From Chrysochromulina tobinii (lineage: Eukaryota), in NCBI GenBank assembly GCA_001275005.1, contig JWZX01002582.1, positions 1 to 34,900 on the forward strand: a stretch of DNA of 34,900 bases, given 5' to 3'. The position numbers were made by a program, and so were the translations under genes. A model generated the notes under the pieces. The model did not search any database. It was given only the letters and a program-made list of their open reading frames with translations, and was not told the DNA's origin. Shown piece by piece: positions 10,101 to 18,677 of this stretch. Every line of letters starts with the position of its first letter. Position 1 is the first letter of the stretch.

Positions 10101-11596
10101 GGCTCGTCACCGAGGAGGCAGCGGCCGAAGCGGGCGTGCATGCCGAGATCGCCGAGATCACCGAGATCGCCGAGATCGACACCTCCGAGGCGATCGTGCG
10201 CTCTCTCCAGAATGTGGCGCAATACATGCGCGCGAGCGCCATGGCAGCGAGGCGCCGGCTGGACGAGCTACCCCCGCGGTCGGAGGACCAGCACGCCCAC
10301 GGACACACGCACACCCACGGGCAGCCGCGTGGGGAGGGGCATGTGTGCGGCACCTGTGGGCAGCTCGTCTCGGCGGACCATCTGCACGCGCAGCACGCTG
10401 CGCTGCACGCGGCTGCCCAGGCAGCGGAGCAGGCAGCGAGGGCGAGTGAGGCGGCGGCGAGCCGAGCGCAGGCAGCGGCTGACGGCGCGCGCCTCGCCAG
10501 CGTCCTCGCACAGCTGGGTAGGGTTCAGTCGGAGATGAAGGCTGCCGAGGCCGCAAGGGTGTCGGCCGAGGCGGAGGCGAGTGCCCGGCGCGACGCGCTC
10601 AAGCAACGTCGAGCGGAGGCGCACTCCCTCGAACAGGAGAGTGCTGATTACCGCTGATTACCACTGATTACCGCTGATTACCACTGATTACCGCTGATTA
10701 CCGCTGATTGCATGCTGCTCGACCTCGAACAGGAGAGTGCGGCGGCTGAGGAGCAGTCCAAGGCCACGCTCGCAGCGGCGAACGAGCGGGTGCGATCGGC
10801 GACGGCGCGCGCGGCAGAGGCGGCGGCGCGTGCGGAGGAGGCGGCGCGCGTCAGACGCGAGGCCGAAAGGCGGGCGGCGCTCACCGCTCTGCAGGTGAGC
10901 CATGCGCGTGCGGCGCTCGCGGCCGTTGAGGCCGAAGAGAATCCGCACGCGCTTCGTCAACGAGACGGTGCGGCGCGCGAAGCGGAGCTGGCGGAGAGGC
11001 ACGCGACGCTCGAAGTGACTGCGCGCGAGGCGTCCACGCGCCACGCCCAGCTCGGAGAGCTCCAGGAGCACTTTGGCAAGCGCGGCGTGCAGAACTTGCT
11101 CTATCAGCTGGCGCTCGCGCAGCTCGAGGCCGCGGCGGCGCGCTACGCGTCCGAATTGAGCGACGGTCGGCTGCGGCTTCGGCTCGCCTTTGACGAGAAG
11201 CTCAGCACAGTGCGCAAGCGCGTGCAGGTGCGCCGCGCCGACGGCTCCTTGGCGGAGCGTTCGATCTCACAGCTCTCGGGCGGCGAGTGGCGGCGGCTCG
11301 CACTCGCGCTCTCTCTCGCCTTTGCGGACTTTGCGCGGCAGCGTCTCGGGATCAGCTGCAACGTGCTCGTGCTCGACGAGGTGATGCAGCAGATGGATGT
11401 CGACGGGCAGGCGGCCATGGCACGTGTGCTCAAGGGGCTGCAGGTGGAGACGACCATCGTCATCGCGCACGGGCTCGCGTCCGATGCGCTCTACGGCGAC
11501 TTCGAGGCGGTCGACGTGGTTGAAAAGGTGGGCGATGCATCGCGTGTGAAGGTTGGGGGGCAGCGTCAAGTAGCGGAAGTAGGGATCCCTTTTTGA
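7159..11596 (+). CDS. SbcD/Mre11 nuclease - SbcC/Rad50 ATPase fusion protein, about 1400 aa; exons 7159-9249, 9389-10636, 10733-11596
   Basis: Metallophosphoesterase motifs DLH, GDFWH, GNHD, HAD, GHYH; Walker A SNGAGKT; Q-loop FFGQH; coiled coil with zinc hook CGTC; signature LSGGE; Walker B LVLDE; H-loop IAH. The three ORFs join in frame after removing two repeat-filled introns. Alternative start at ATG 7123. Confidence 0.88.
8845..8948 (+). repeat. in-frame 12-nt coding repeat (GGCGCCCACGAC; GAHD) within the ATPase N-lobe
   Basis: Four tandem copies plus a fifth, interleaved with duplicated GGGAGCCCCTCGGCCGGCGCC. Confidence 0.85.
9250..9388 (+). other. spliceosomal intron A (GT-AG, phase 0, 139 nt) filled with a 10-nt repeat (TGCGACTGAK) and bracketed by a 15-nt exon duplication
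   Basis: CAG|GTGCGA...CTGCAG|G. CGGCGCGGCTGCAGG occurs at 9236-9250 and 9375-9389. Removal restores the frame. Confidence 0.9.
10637..10732 (+). other. spliceosomal intron B (apparent GA-AG, phase 0, 96 nt) with 7 copies of a CTGATTACCR-type unit and an 18-nt exon duplication
   Basis: CAG|GAGAGT...GAACAG|G. CCTCGAACAGGAGAGTGC occurs at 10627-10644 and 10723-10740. An in-frame stop inside requires splicing; the exact donor is inferred. Confidence 0.72.
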
Positions 11597-11700
11597 TCGG
11601 CGACCTTGTGGACAGGGGTTCCACTAGTAACGGGAGAATTTTGGATGCAAGTTTTCCTTCACAGCCAATGTTTATTCACAGCCCGCGCAAACACGGGGGC

Positions 11701-12660
11701 ATGGACATCTCGGCCGTCAGGAGCGCCATCGACGCAGCCATCCTGCGCGGAGCACCACTCTACAATGCTGGCGGGGCGGACGCATGCTACAACCTCTACA
11801 GCAAGGTTGCGAAGGAGATCGTTGCTACGGTCAAAGACGAGCCGACCTCTGAACTACTGAGTGCAGGCCTACGAAGGGCGCAGCAATGCCGCTCCGCGGA
11901 CGACAAGGCGTGGGCGATGCGGAATTCGTTCGATCGTTGCAGTGTCTGCTCGGCAATGCGCATGGGAATCTCTAAGGGCGCTCCCATGTTCAACGCAGGT
12001 CGGCAGCGGCAGTGCCTGGAGCTTTACATGATGGTCGCGAAGGATTGTCTGCGCATCGGCAGCACGCCGCCTCCTGGACTCGAAGCGGCTCTCATGGAAG
12101 CTCAGTCGTGTCGGGACGATGCGGAAGCCGCGTGGGTACTGCGCGACGCTTTCGACGCCACACTGAGTCAATGGATGGGGATGCCAGCGCCATCAAGCAA
12201 CGACCGGTGCCGTGGAGCAGCACCGCTGAAAGTGGACGTGACGCCGATCACGTTCGAGGCGCTCGGTGACCCCAAGGGCGGCAGCAATGTGAGTGCCAGC
12301 GGCTACAGCCGAGTCCTTTTGTCGCGTGGAGAGCGCGTCGCGATACTCGCTGGCGACGGGCGCACATGGGTCCCGATCGGCGATGCGCTTCTGGACACCG
12401 GAAACGAAGCGCGCACTCTGATCGCCCCACGGGTGGCCCGCATGCTCGGCGTTGAGCCGTTGGAATCCGCGCCGCCGCCCCAAGTTCGAGGAGTCAATGG
12501 CGCCACATCTATGTACCCGCGCGTTGCTTTTAGGCTGCGAATTGGCGACGTGGAGACGGGCACAGTGATCGGTGCGATCGGCGGCGACACGGCGGTGCTT
12601 GTCGGACGCGACGTCCTTGCACCGCTGGGTGACCTCGGGTACACCGTGCGGCAGAAATGA
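11701..12660 (+). CDS. protein with two tandem helical GAPLYNxG...AWxLRxxFD domains and a C-terminal retropepsin-like (clan AA) aspartic protease
   Basis: Internal repeat: AILRGAPLYNAG..ACYNLY...AWAMRNSFD vs GISKGAPMFNAG..QCLELY...AWVLRDAFD. Protease motifs ALLDTG, flap VRGVNG, and VLVGRDVL. Confidence 0.75.
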   Translation: MDISAVRSAIDAAILRGAPLYNAGGADACYNLYSKVAKEIVATVKDEPTSELLSAGLRRAQQCRSADDKAWAMRNSFDRCSVCSAMRMGISKGAPMFNAGRQRQCLELYMMVAKDCLRIGSTPPPGLEAALMEAQSCRDDAEAAWVLRDAFDATLSQWMGMPAPSSNDRCRGAAPLKVDVTPITFEALGDPKGGSNVSASGYSRVLLSRGERVAILAGDGRTWVPIGDALLDTGNEARTLIAPRVARMLGVEPLESAPPPQVRGVNGATSMYPRVAFRLRIGDVETGTVIGAIGGDTAVLVGRDVLAPLGDLGYTVRQK

Positions 12661-12940
12661 ATACGCGTTGTGATGGTCTGTGTGCGTGTTGTGAATAAAC
12701 GTGCTGGTCTTGTGCGACTGAATATCTGCAATAATGAAATCGCCTCCTTTACGTTACGCCGCTCCTCGGCTCCCCACCCGCACCGAGCGAGGTTTACAGC
12801 CATTTCACATCCTCAACACCGCGAGTGCGCGCATGCTCCGTTTCTCGTACAAGTATGGGGTAAGGTACGTGTATTCTGAGCGGAAACATTGCCGGATCGG
12901 TTGTGTCGTGTTTACGTTCACACGTGGTTCCCGATCTCCC

Positions 12941-14008
12941 ATGGACGGGCTGAGCCCGGCGCTCTCGGTCCAGAAGGGTATGACGCTCTCGCGCGCGCAC
13001 GACGCCGCAGGCGGCTTCGACTCACTGCGTGAAGCCTACGAGGAGGTCGGTGTCGATGGCTATTACGCAGACCACGGCGCAGCCTACCGGAACCCGCATG
13101 AGCCCATCCTGATCGAGGCGCTGTGCCTAGCTTTCTCAAAGCTGGAGGAGGCTGGGCTCATCGACGCGAGCACACGGCCGCTGCGCGTGCTCGACTATGC
13201 GTGCGGCAGCGGCGAGGGTCATCTCGCCATCCTCAACTGGGTCGACGGGCGCTCTGAGCGTCTCGCCGCCTCTGTGACAGCTGCAGATCCATACACGTAC
13301 ATGTCCTACGAGAAGCGTATGGGCTACCCATGCCAGCGCTGGTCATTTGAGGACATTTCGGGCGGCGTGCTAGAGGAGCACCCGCCATTCGACGTTGTAG
13401 TCGGCGCCTTTTGCTTGCACCTCATCGACAAGTCCTTTCTTCGCACGACGCTCATGGCCCTCGCACGTGCCTGCGATGTGCTTGTGGTCGCAAGCCCGCA
13501 CAAGCGGCCGCACATTGACGCCGACCACGGATGGGAAGAAGCGACCAGCGAGCTGCTCCACCATCGCATCCACATCCGCTGCTTCACGTCGCTGCAGAGG
13601 CCACGGCCCGATGCGGCGGTGATGGCGGCAGCGGCGGCGCGGGCGGCGACCGCCAAGCACCGCGCTGCCGTTGAGGCGGCGGCCAATGCTGTGACTCATG
13701 GTTTGTATCCACCCCTTACTGTGACCCAGCGTGGGCATGCCGACAAGGCCGGTGACGACGAGGAGGAGCAAGGCGCCGCGGTGGGCACAGCAGTGGCGGC
13801 CGCGGAGGACGAGGAGATCGAGGCAGCGCTCGCCGAGATTACGGCGGAGATTGAGGTTCTGAATCTGGGGGCGCTGCGAGCCGCGCTCGCTGAGGGAGGC
13901 CTCGACACCACGGGCAAGAAGGCGCAACTCGCTGAGCGCCTTCGAGAGGCACGCGTCAAGGCAGTGCTGGAGACGGCTCAACAAGGCCTTCACGGGGCCG
14001 CCTCGTGA
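12941..14008 (+). CDS. class I SAM-dependent methyltransferase-like protein with C-terminal SAP domain
   Basis: Motif I VLDYACGSGE, motif II AADPY, FDVVVGAFCLH. C-terminal LNLGALRAALAEGGLDTTGKKAQLAERL fits the SAP consensus. Confidence 0.78.
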   Translation: MDGLSPALSVQKGMTLSRAHDAAGGFDSLREAYEEVGVDGYYADHGAAYRNPHEPILIEALCLAFSKLEEAGLIDASTRPLRVLDYACGSGEGHLAILNWVDGRSERLAASVTAADPYTYMSYEKRMGYPCQRWSFEDISGGVLEEHPPFDVVVGAFCLHLIDKSFLRTTLMALARACDVLVVASPHKRPHIDADHGWEEATSELLHHRIHIRCFTSLQRPRPDAAVMAAAAARAATAKHRAAVEAAANAVTHGLYPPLTVTQRGHADKAGDDEEEQGAAVGTAVAAAEDEEIEAALAEITAEIEVLNLGALRAALAEGGLDTTGKKAQLAERLREARVKAVLETAQQGLHGAAS

Positions 14009-14480
14009 ACTTCGCGTTTCTCCGTTTCATTCACGACAGTTCGACACACTTCTAACCGACACGTTTCACAGTTATGGTGAACGGCATGATTTTCAGGAAT
14101 TCCTAGGAACGGGAGCGCTTATTCGAGTGTGTTTCGACCAGTGCAATGGGCCAGTGACCGCCCCACACGCCCACAGTCAGAGACTCACAGTGCGGACAGA
14201 CAGTCACGCGTTCACGGTTCAGACGCGTGGCCCCACAGTGACAGTCAGTTCAGTCACGCACGTCGCCCGCGCCTCGGACGTCGCGACGCACAAGTTGTCA
14301 TGAAAGAAACCTACTGGCCGGATCTGTCCACTATCTCACTTCTTTTCTTCCTGAATTGTTTATTAGGGTTACGGAAATAGACGCCCTTCAAATGAGCGAG
14401 AGTTTTTCCGTTACACAGAAAGACTTGCTCTGGTGCTGCCAGAGCGGGAGTTGATCATCTCCATCACTGCTCGGAACACA

Positions 14481-16340
14481 ATGTTGGGCCTGGACCCCCT
14501 CGCGGTCGATGGTGATCTCGCGTCCCAATTGAGATTCGACAGTTCCTCCGTGGGCACGTCTACCCGCACCCTCAAGGGCGAGGACCGGATGGCCACCTGG
14601 AAGGGCAAGCTCGAAAACAACGAGGTGCTGCTGCTGCTGGTTGCTGACGGCCACGGTGGAGCTGAGGCTGCTGAGTGGTGCGCCCGCAACACGCTGAACG
14701 ACGTGCGCCTATTTGCCGGGCGCGACGCGTCGGTCGCCTCTTTCCAGGCAGCTTGCAAGGATGCCTTCTCTAAGGCCGCAGACGAGGTGTGCAGGATCAC
14801 AAGAAAAGCGGGCAGCACGCTCACAGTTGTGTGTGTCAACGCGACGCTCGGTGAGATGACATGCGCTTCGCTCGGCGACTCGGCCGCATACCTCTTCCCG
14901 TACACGCACGGCGACGGCAAGGCGAAGCTCAACGGTAACCCACCTGCGCCGCTGCGCCTCACTAGCGACCACCGGCTGCAGAGTAGCGAGGAGGAGCGAC
15001 AGCGAGTGCTCACGGCCGGCGCCAAGGTCGCTCAGGCGGCGGGGCCGGACGGAAAGCCCGCGGGGCCCTTACGCGCATGGCCCGGAGGCCTCGCGATCGC
15101 GCGCACCATTGGAGATGCCGACTGCGGTGACTATATCTGCTCAACGCCGACGGTGAAGTCCATCCGTTTGCCTCGGCTGGGCGCGTCAGTCGTGGTGGCG
15201 TCAGACGGCGTGTGGGACTCGTTCCAAGATGTGGAGCAGCTCACGAGGTTGGTGTACAAGAACACGAGCAGGCAGCTAAGCTCGCAGCTGCTCGCCGATG
15301 CAATCATCGCCAAGGCGGTCAAAATGCGTGGAGGCCTCCTCGACGATACGAGCTGCATCTTCGTGAGCCTCTCGGCCACATTGCCGCTGCATATGCCGCG
15401 AGCGGACCCAGCGCCTCGAACGAACTTCTTCATGAACATCACTGGAACATCCAGCCCCACTCGGCACAACGACCCGAAGATGGTGAGCGAGGCACTCACG
15501 GGTGTCTCGGTGCGAGTGGCCCTCAACCAGCCGAAGCAGGTCGAGGCCTTTCTACGGACAGGCCTCGACGTCAATGCGATCGACATCGACGGCGATCGCA
15601 CGCCGCTGCATTGGGCGGCGGCGCGCGGATTTCGTCGGTGCGTCGTCCTGCTACTCGAGGCAGGCGCAGACACGTCGACACGCAACGCGGACGGGCTCAC
15701 GCCGGCAGAGCTCGCACGTGAGCTCGGCCAGCCCGAGATGCATGCGCTCATCTCAGGCTTCAAGGCAGGAGCAGGAGCAGCAGCTCAGAACAGTGAGAAC
15801 TCCATAAGTGAGAGCACCACTTCCAGGAGCAGCAGCAGCAGCATAACCCTCTCGACGTCCCCACGTTCAGCTAGCCCCACGAGTAGTTCAGAGGGCAGCC
15901 GACACGGCGGGAGCTACTTTTTCGCGATGGCCGTAGGGCTGGGCACCAGCCTTAAGACGAGCCCCACCGCGATCCGCCGTGCGATCGGCATGATCTCGCC
16001 ATCCCGGGTAAGCCCATCATCAAGAAGTGTGCGCTCCAGCGTCCGAGCCGAAGAGGGCATGACTCCGGTCGAGTCCTTCGACACGGGCAAGCCCGCCGCT
16101 GAACGCGACGACTCGCCCCACAGGCCGCCTCGTATGATCGTACCGGTCGATATTTCTGGACGCGACGACTCGACCAAGATATTGAGGCCGACCGCCACAC
16201 CCGCGCACCGGCCCAAGATCATGTCGGCATCGGTGGCTTCAACGGCCAGCTCATTAACATTCTCGCACCATGGGCACGCCGCCGCGGCAGTCGCCCCAGC
16301 TGCAAACGTCGAAGAAATAGACGAGGTAGAACTCTCATGA
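14481..16340 (+). CDS. PP2C (PPM-type) protein phosphatase with ankyrin repeats and Ser-rich tail
   Basis: VADGHGG, GST, LGDS, DHR, GGLAIARTIGD, ASDGVWD, DDTS; ankyrin DRTPLHWAAARG...GLTPAELA. Start codon uncertain. Confidence 0.88.
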   Translation: MLGLDPLAVDGDLASQLRFDSSSVGTSTRTLKGEDRMATWKGKLENNEVLLLLVADGHGGAEAAEWCARNTLNDVRLFAGRDASVASFQAACKDAFSKAADEVCRITRKAGSTLTVVCVNATLGEMTCASLGDSAAYLFPYTHGDGKAKLNGNPPAPLRLTSDHRLQSSEEERQRVLTAGAKVAQAAGPDGKPAGPLRAWPGGLAIARTIGDADCGDYICSTPTVKSIRLPRLGASVVVASDGVWDSFQDVEQLTRLVYKNTSRQLSSQLLADAIIAKAVKMRGGLLDDTSCIFVSLSATLPLHMPRADPAPRTNFFMNITGTSSPTRHNDPKMVSEALTGVSVRVALNQPKQVEAFLRTGLDVNAIDIDGDRTPLHWAAARGFRRCVVLLLEAGADTSTRNADGLTPAELARELGQPEMHALISGFKAGAGAAAQNSENSISESTTSRSSSSSITLSTSPRSASPTSSSEGSRHGGSYFFAMAVGLGTSLKTSPTAIRRAIGMISPSRVSPSSRSVRSSVRAEEGMTPVESFDTGKPAAERDDSPHRPPRMIVPVDISGRDDSTKILRPTATPAHRPKIMSASVASTASSLTFSHHGHAAAAVAPAANVEEIDEVELS

Positions 16341-16427
16341 ACTCTGACGCTTGGAGGAGGCGTATGTCAGCAAATTGCATGCCCCCTGACTATCCCCGTT
16401 ACACCCACTGTGCGTGATGCTCTGCTG

Positions 16428-17507
16428 ATGAGGGAGTTCATTAAGAGGCGAAACCATAATAAACAGACGACGCCGTTCGTAAAACGAAGTTTGCGAATGC
16501 TGGACGCCTACGATCCTGGTCCTGCACGCCGGTCCGCCGAAGACGCCGCAGCACAGCGTAAGCTCAAGCGTGAACGCGCGGCCGCACGGGCTGAAGCTGA
16601 ACGCGAGGCGCTGGTGAAGCATCTCGAAGAGCAGGATGCACGTCTGAAAATGTCCAAGCTGAAGAAAGAGGCAATCATGCAGAAACGGCAGCTCGACTCA
16701 TTTGACCCCACGCCAGCACGCCGGGTGATGTATGATGACAAGATGTGCGCTGATGCGGCTGAGATCCCCGGTCCAGCCCAGTACTCACCGCGCGTACGGG
16801 CCATCACGGAGTCCGGAATCATATTTGCAGGCTCTGTCTTGGGCACTGGTTCTATTCCAGACCGCGACGCAGGCTCGCTCGACTCGTACCGCGTCAAGAT
16901 AGCCTCGCAGCAGCCAGGCCCCGCCTCGTACGATCCCAAACTGAGTAGTCAGCGAGGGATGGGCGGATCCACCTTTGGACTCTCGCCCGAGCTTCGGCAC
17001 GGAAAGGTTGCACCATCTGCGCACGACATGGGCAGGATGGTCGCCCACTTGCGCGACCTGCCATCGCCCGCCGCCTACTCCCCCAGGGATCCTCAGCCAG
17101 CGAATAGGGCGTTTCGAATGATGCAGCCCGTGGGTGGCCGCCCAGTTTCGAACCCGAAGCCGCCTCAAGTGCCTGGACCGGGCACCTACAGTCTCGAAAA
17201 AGGACTGTCGTCGGGGCGCTCGGTCACGGTCACCGGGCGTGGCAATTGCAAGTCAGAGCTCGATATGGTTATGGATCTCGCTCGGGATCTCCCGGGACCG
17301 GGTGCGTACGGCCACAAAACGGAGCTGCGCTCAACGGGTGCACCGCGCTTCTCCAAAGCGGGCCAAAAATCTATGATCGAGACCATCATGGACGAGGAGA
17401 AGAAGAAGCCCGGCCCGAACGCCTACTTCCCTCAGGCGACTTTTGAAAAGGAGCTAGAGATGCTAAAGTACAAACAGGATATCATCAAAGGCCGCATCAA
17501 GGCGTAA
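16428..17507 (+). CDS. SHIPPO/PGP-repeat ciliary microtubule-associated protein (ODF3/STPG-like)
   Basis: Six spaced repeats: PGPAQY, PGPASY, PSPAAY, PGPGTY, PGPGAY, PGPNAY, after an N-terminal coiled coil. Confidence 0.8.
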   Translation: MREFIKRRNHNKQTTPFVKRSLRMLDAYDPGPARRSAEDAAAQRKLKRERAAARAEAEREALVKHLEEQDARLKMSKLKKEAIMQKRQLDSFDPTPARRVMYDDKMCADAAEIPGPAQYSPRVRAITESGIIFAGSVLGTGSIPDRDAGSLDSYRVKIASQQPGPASYDPKLSSQRGMGGSTFGLSPELRHGKVAPSAHDMGRMVAHLRDLPSPAAYSPRDPQPANRAFRMMQPVGGRPVSNPKPPQVPGPGTYSLEKGLSSGRSVTVTGRGNCKSELDMVMDLARDLPGPGAYGHKTELRSTGAPRFSKAGQKSMIETIMDEEKKKPGPNAYFPQATFEKELEMLKYKQDIIKGRIKA

Positions 17508-17941
17508 AGGTAGAGAGTACATGCGTGTCGCGCCCAGCGGGCCACACGCGCCACGGCGCCGGGACGTCCGAGATCCAGTAAAGCAGTAATGGGCACCACA
17601 CGCCACGCCAGTGATGGGACAGTAGCCGACTGACCGACCCCCGAGAGCGAGACGCTCCGCGCGCGCGACCAGGCGCGCACGATTTTGCGTTTCTGTGCTG
17701 GTTGTCAGCTGGGTCCCGCGAGATGTGCGATGAGGAAGCCAGCGCGGTCGGAGCGCGGAGGGGCGCGCGTTTTCAGTGTTAACTCAGTTTAGTTGACAAT
17801 AGGGTTTCAGGTACGAGGTAAAAGCGCATACCAGCCGGACGAGCACGAAGTCCGCATATAAATTATGAGGTCCCCGTCGCGGTTACGGATCGCCGAGATC
17901 CGTCACACGAGATCCGCCGCGTCCGATACGCGTCACGGTCT

Positions 17942-17969
17942 GGTCACGTCACGCACGTGTGACGTGACC
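17942..17969. repeat. perfect 11-bp inverted repeat (GGTCACGTCAC-6nt-GTGACGTGACC)
   Basis: Read directly. Sits in a cluster of CACGT/ACGTG motifs. Confidence 0.8.
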
Positions 17970-18677
17970 CCACGTGTGAGATCGGTGTTACGTCATCTCG
18001 GTACCATGTGGCGTCACCTTACCGGACCCCGGCTCGCGCTCCGGACCGGCCGCGGGTGTCGTCCGCCGTCCCCGGGTAGCGGGTTAATCCGAAATCCCCG
18101 GGGGTCGTCCTGCCGGGCCTGGCGTCCGGTGCGCGGTGGGGCGTTCATGGTTCATCGCTGCTAGCCCCTACGTAGCCGGGCTGCGGGCCGTCGCCAACGC
18201 CGTTGCGTTGCGGAGGACGTACGAAATATAATGCTGGAATCGAGGATCACACTGAGTCGCGTCGCATTTCCAATCTGAGCTGTTACAAACAGGATACAGC
18301 TGGTACGCGCGCAGCACGCAGTACACACTACTCACTACATGGCTCGCAAACTCACCGTCCCGGGTCAACGACGCATACAACGTAAATGGAGACGCCACCC
18401 GCACGCACAGACCCAGCCCAGAACCTGTGCTATCATTCGTCGCCTTCTGACACGCCACCGCGGCCACCACGGGTACACACCACCACGCTCATGCCCGGCC
18501 ACCGCCACCACATCCCACGTGCATCCCCCCCCCCACCTGGTGCCATGGCACATGCACCGCCGCGCGGGCCCGAGGGCGGGCTCACGCGCTCGCTGCGCAC
18601 TCCTTGCGTCCGCCGGGCGCTGCGGCGGCCGGCGACATGCCGCCGCCGCCGCCGCCGCTGCCGCCGCTGTGCGCGCC

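Noticed and set aside
8230..10353. 707-aa minus-strand ORF and similar long antisense ORFs (e.g. 22440-23582, 23910-24866)
   Set aside because: These are expected in high-GC coding DNA, and the opposite strand carries the recognisable domains.
12380..12620. Retropepsin motif as evidence of an LTR retrotransposon
   Set aside because: No gag, RT, RNase H, integrase or LTRs nearby, and it is fused to a cellular-type domain.
14363..14370. TTAGGG-like words (also near 17800)
   Set aside because: Single copies, not a telomeric array.
18085..18185. GAAATCCCCGG ... CGGGCT resembling RNase MRP/P P4 strands
   Set aside because: Both strands deviate from the consensus and the spacing is too short. 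A covariance-model hit would be needed.
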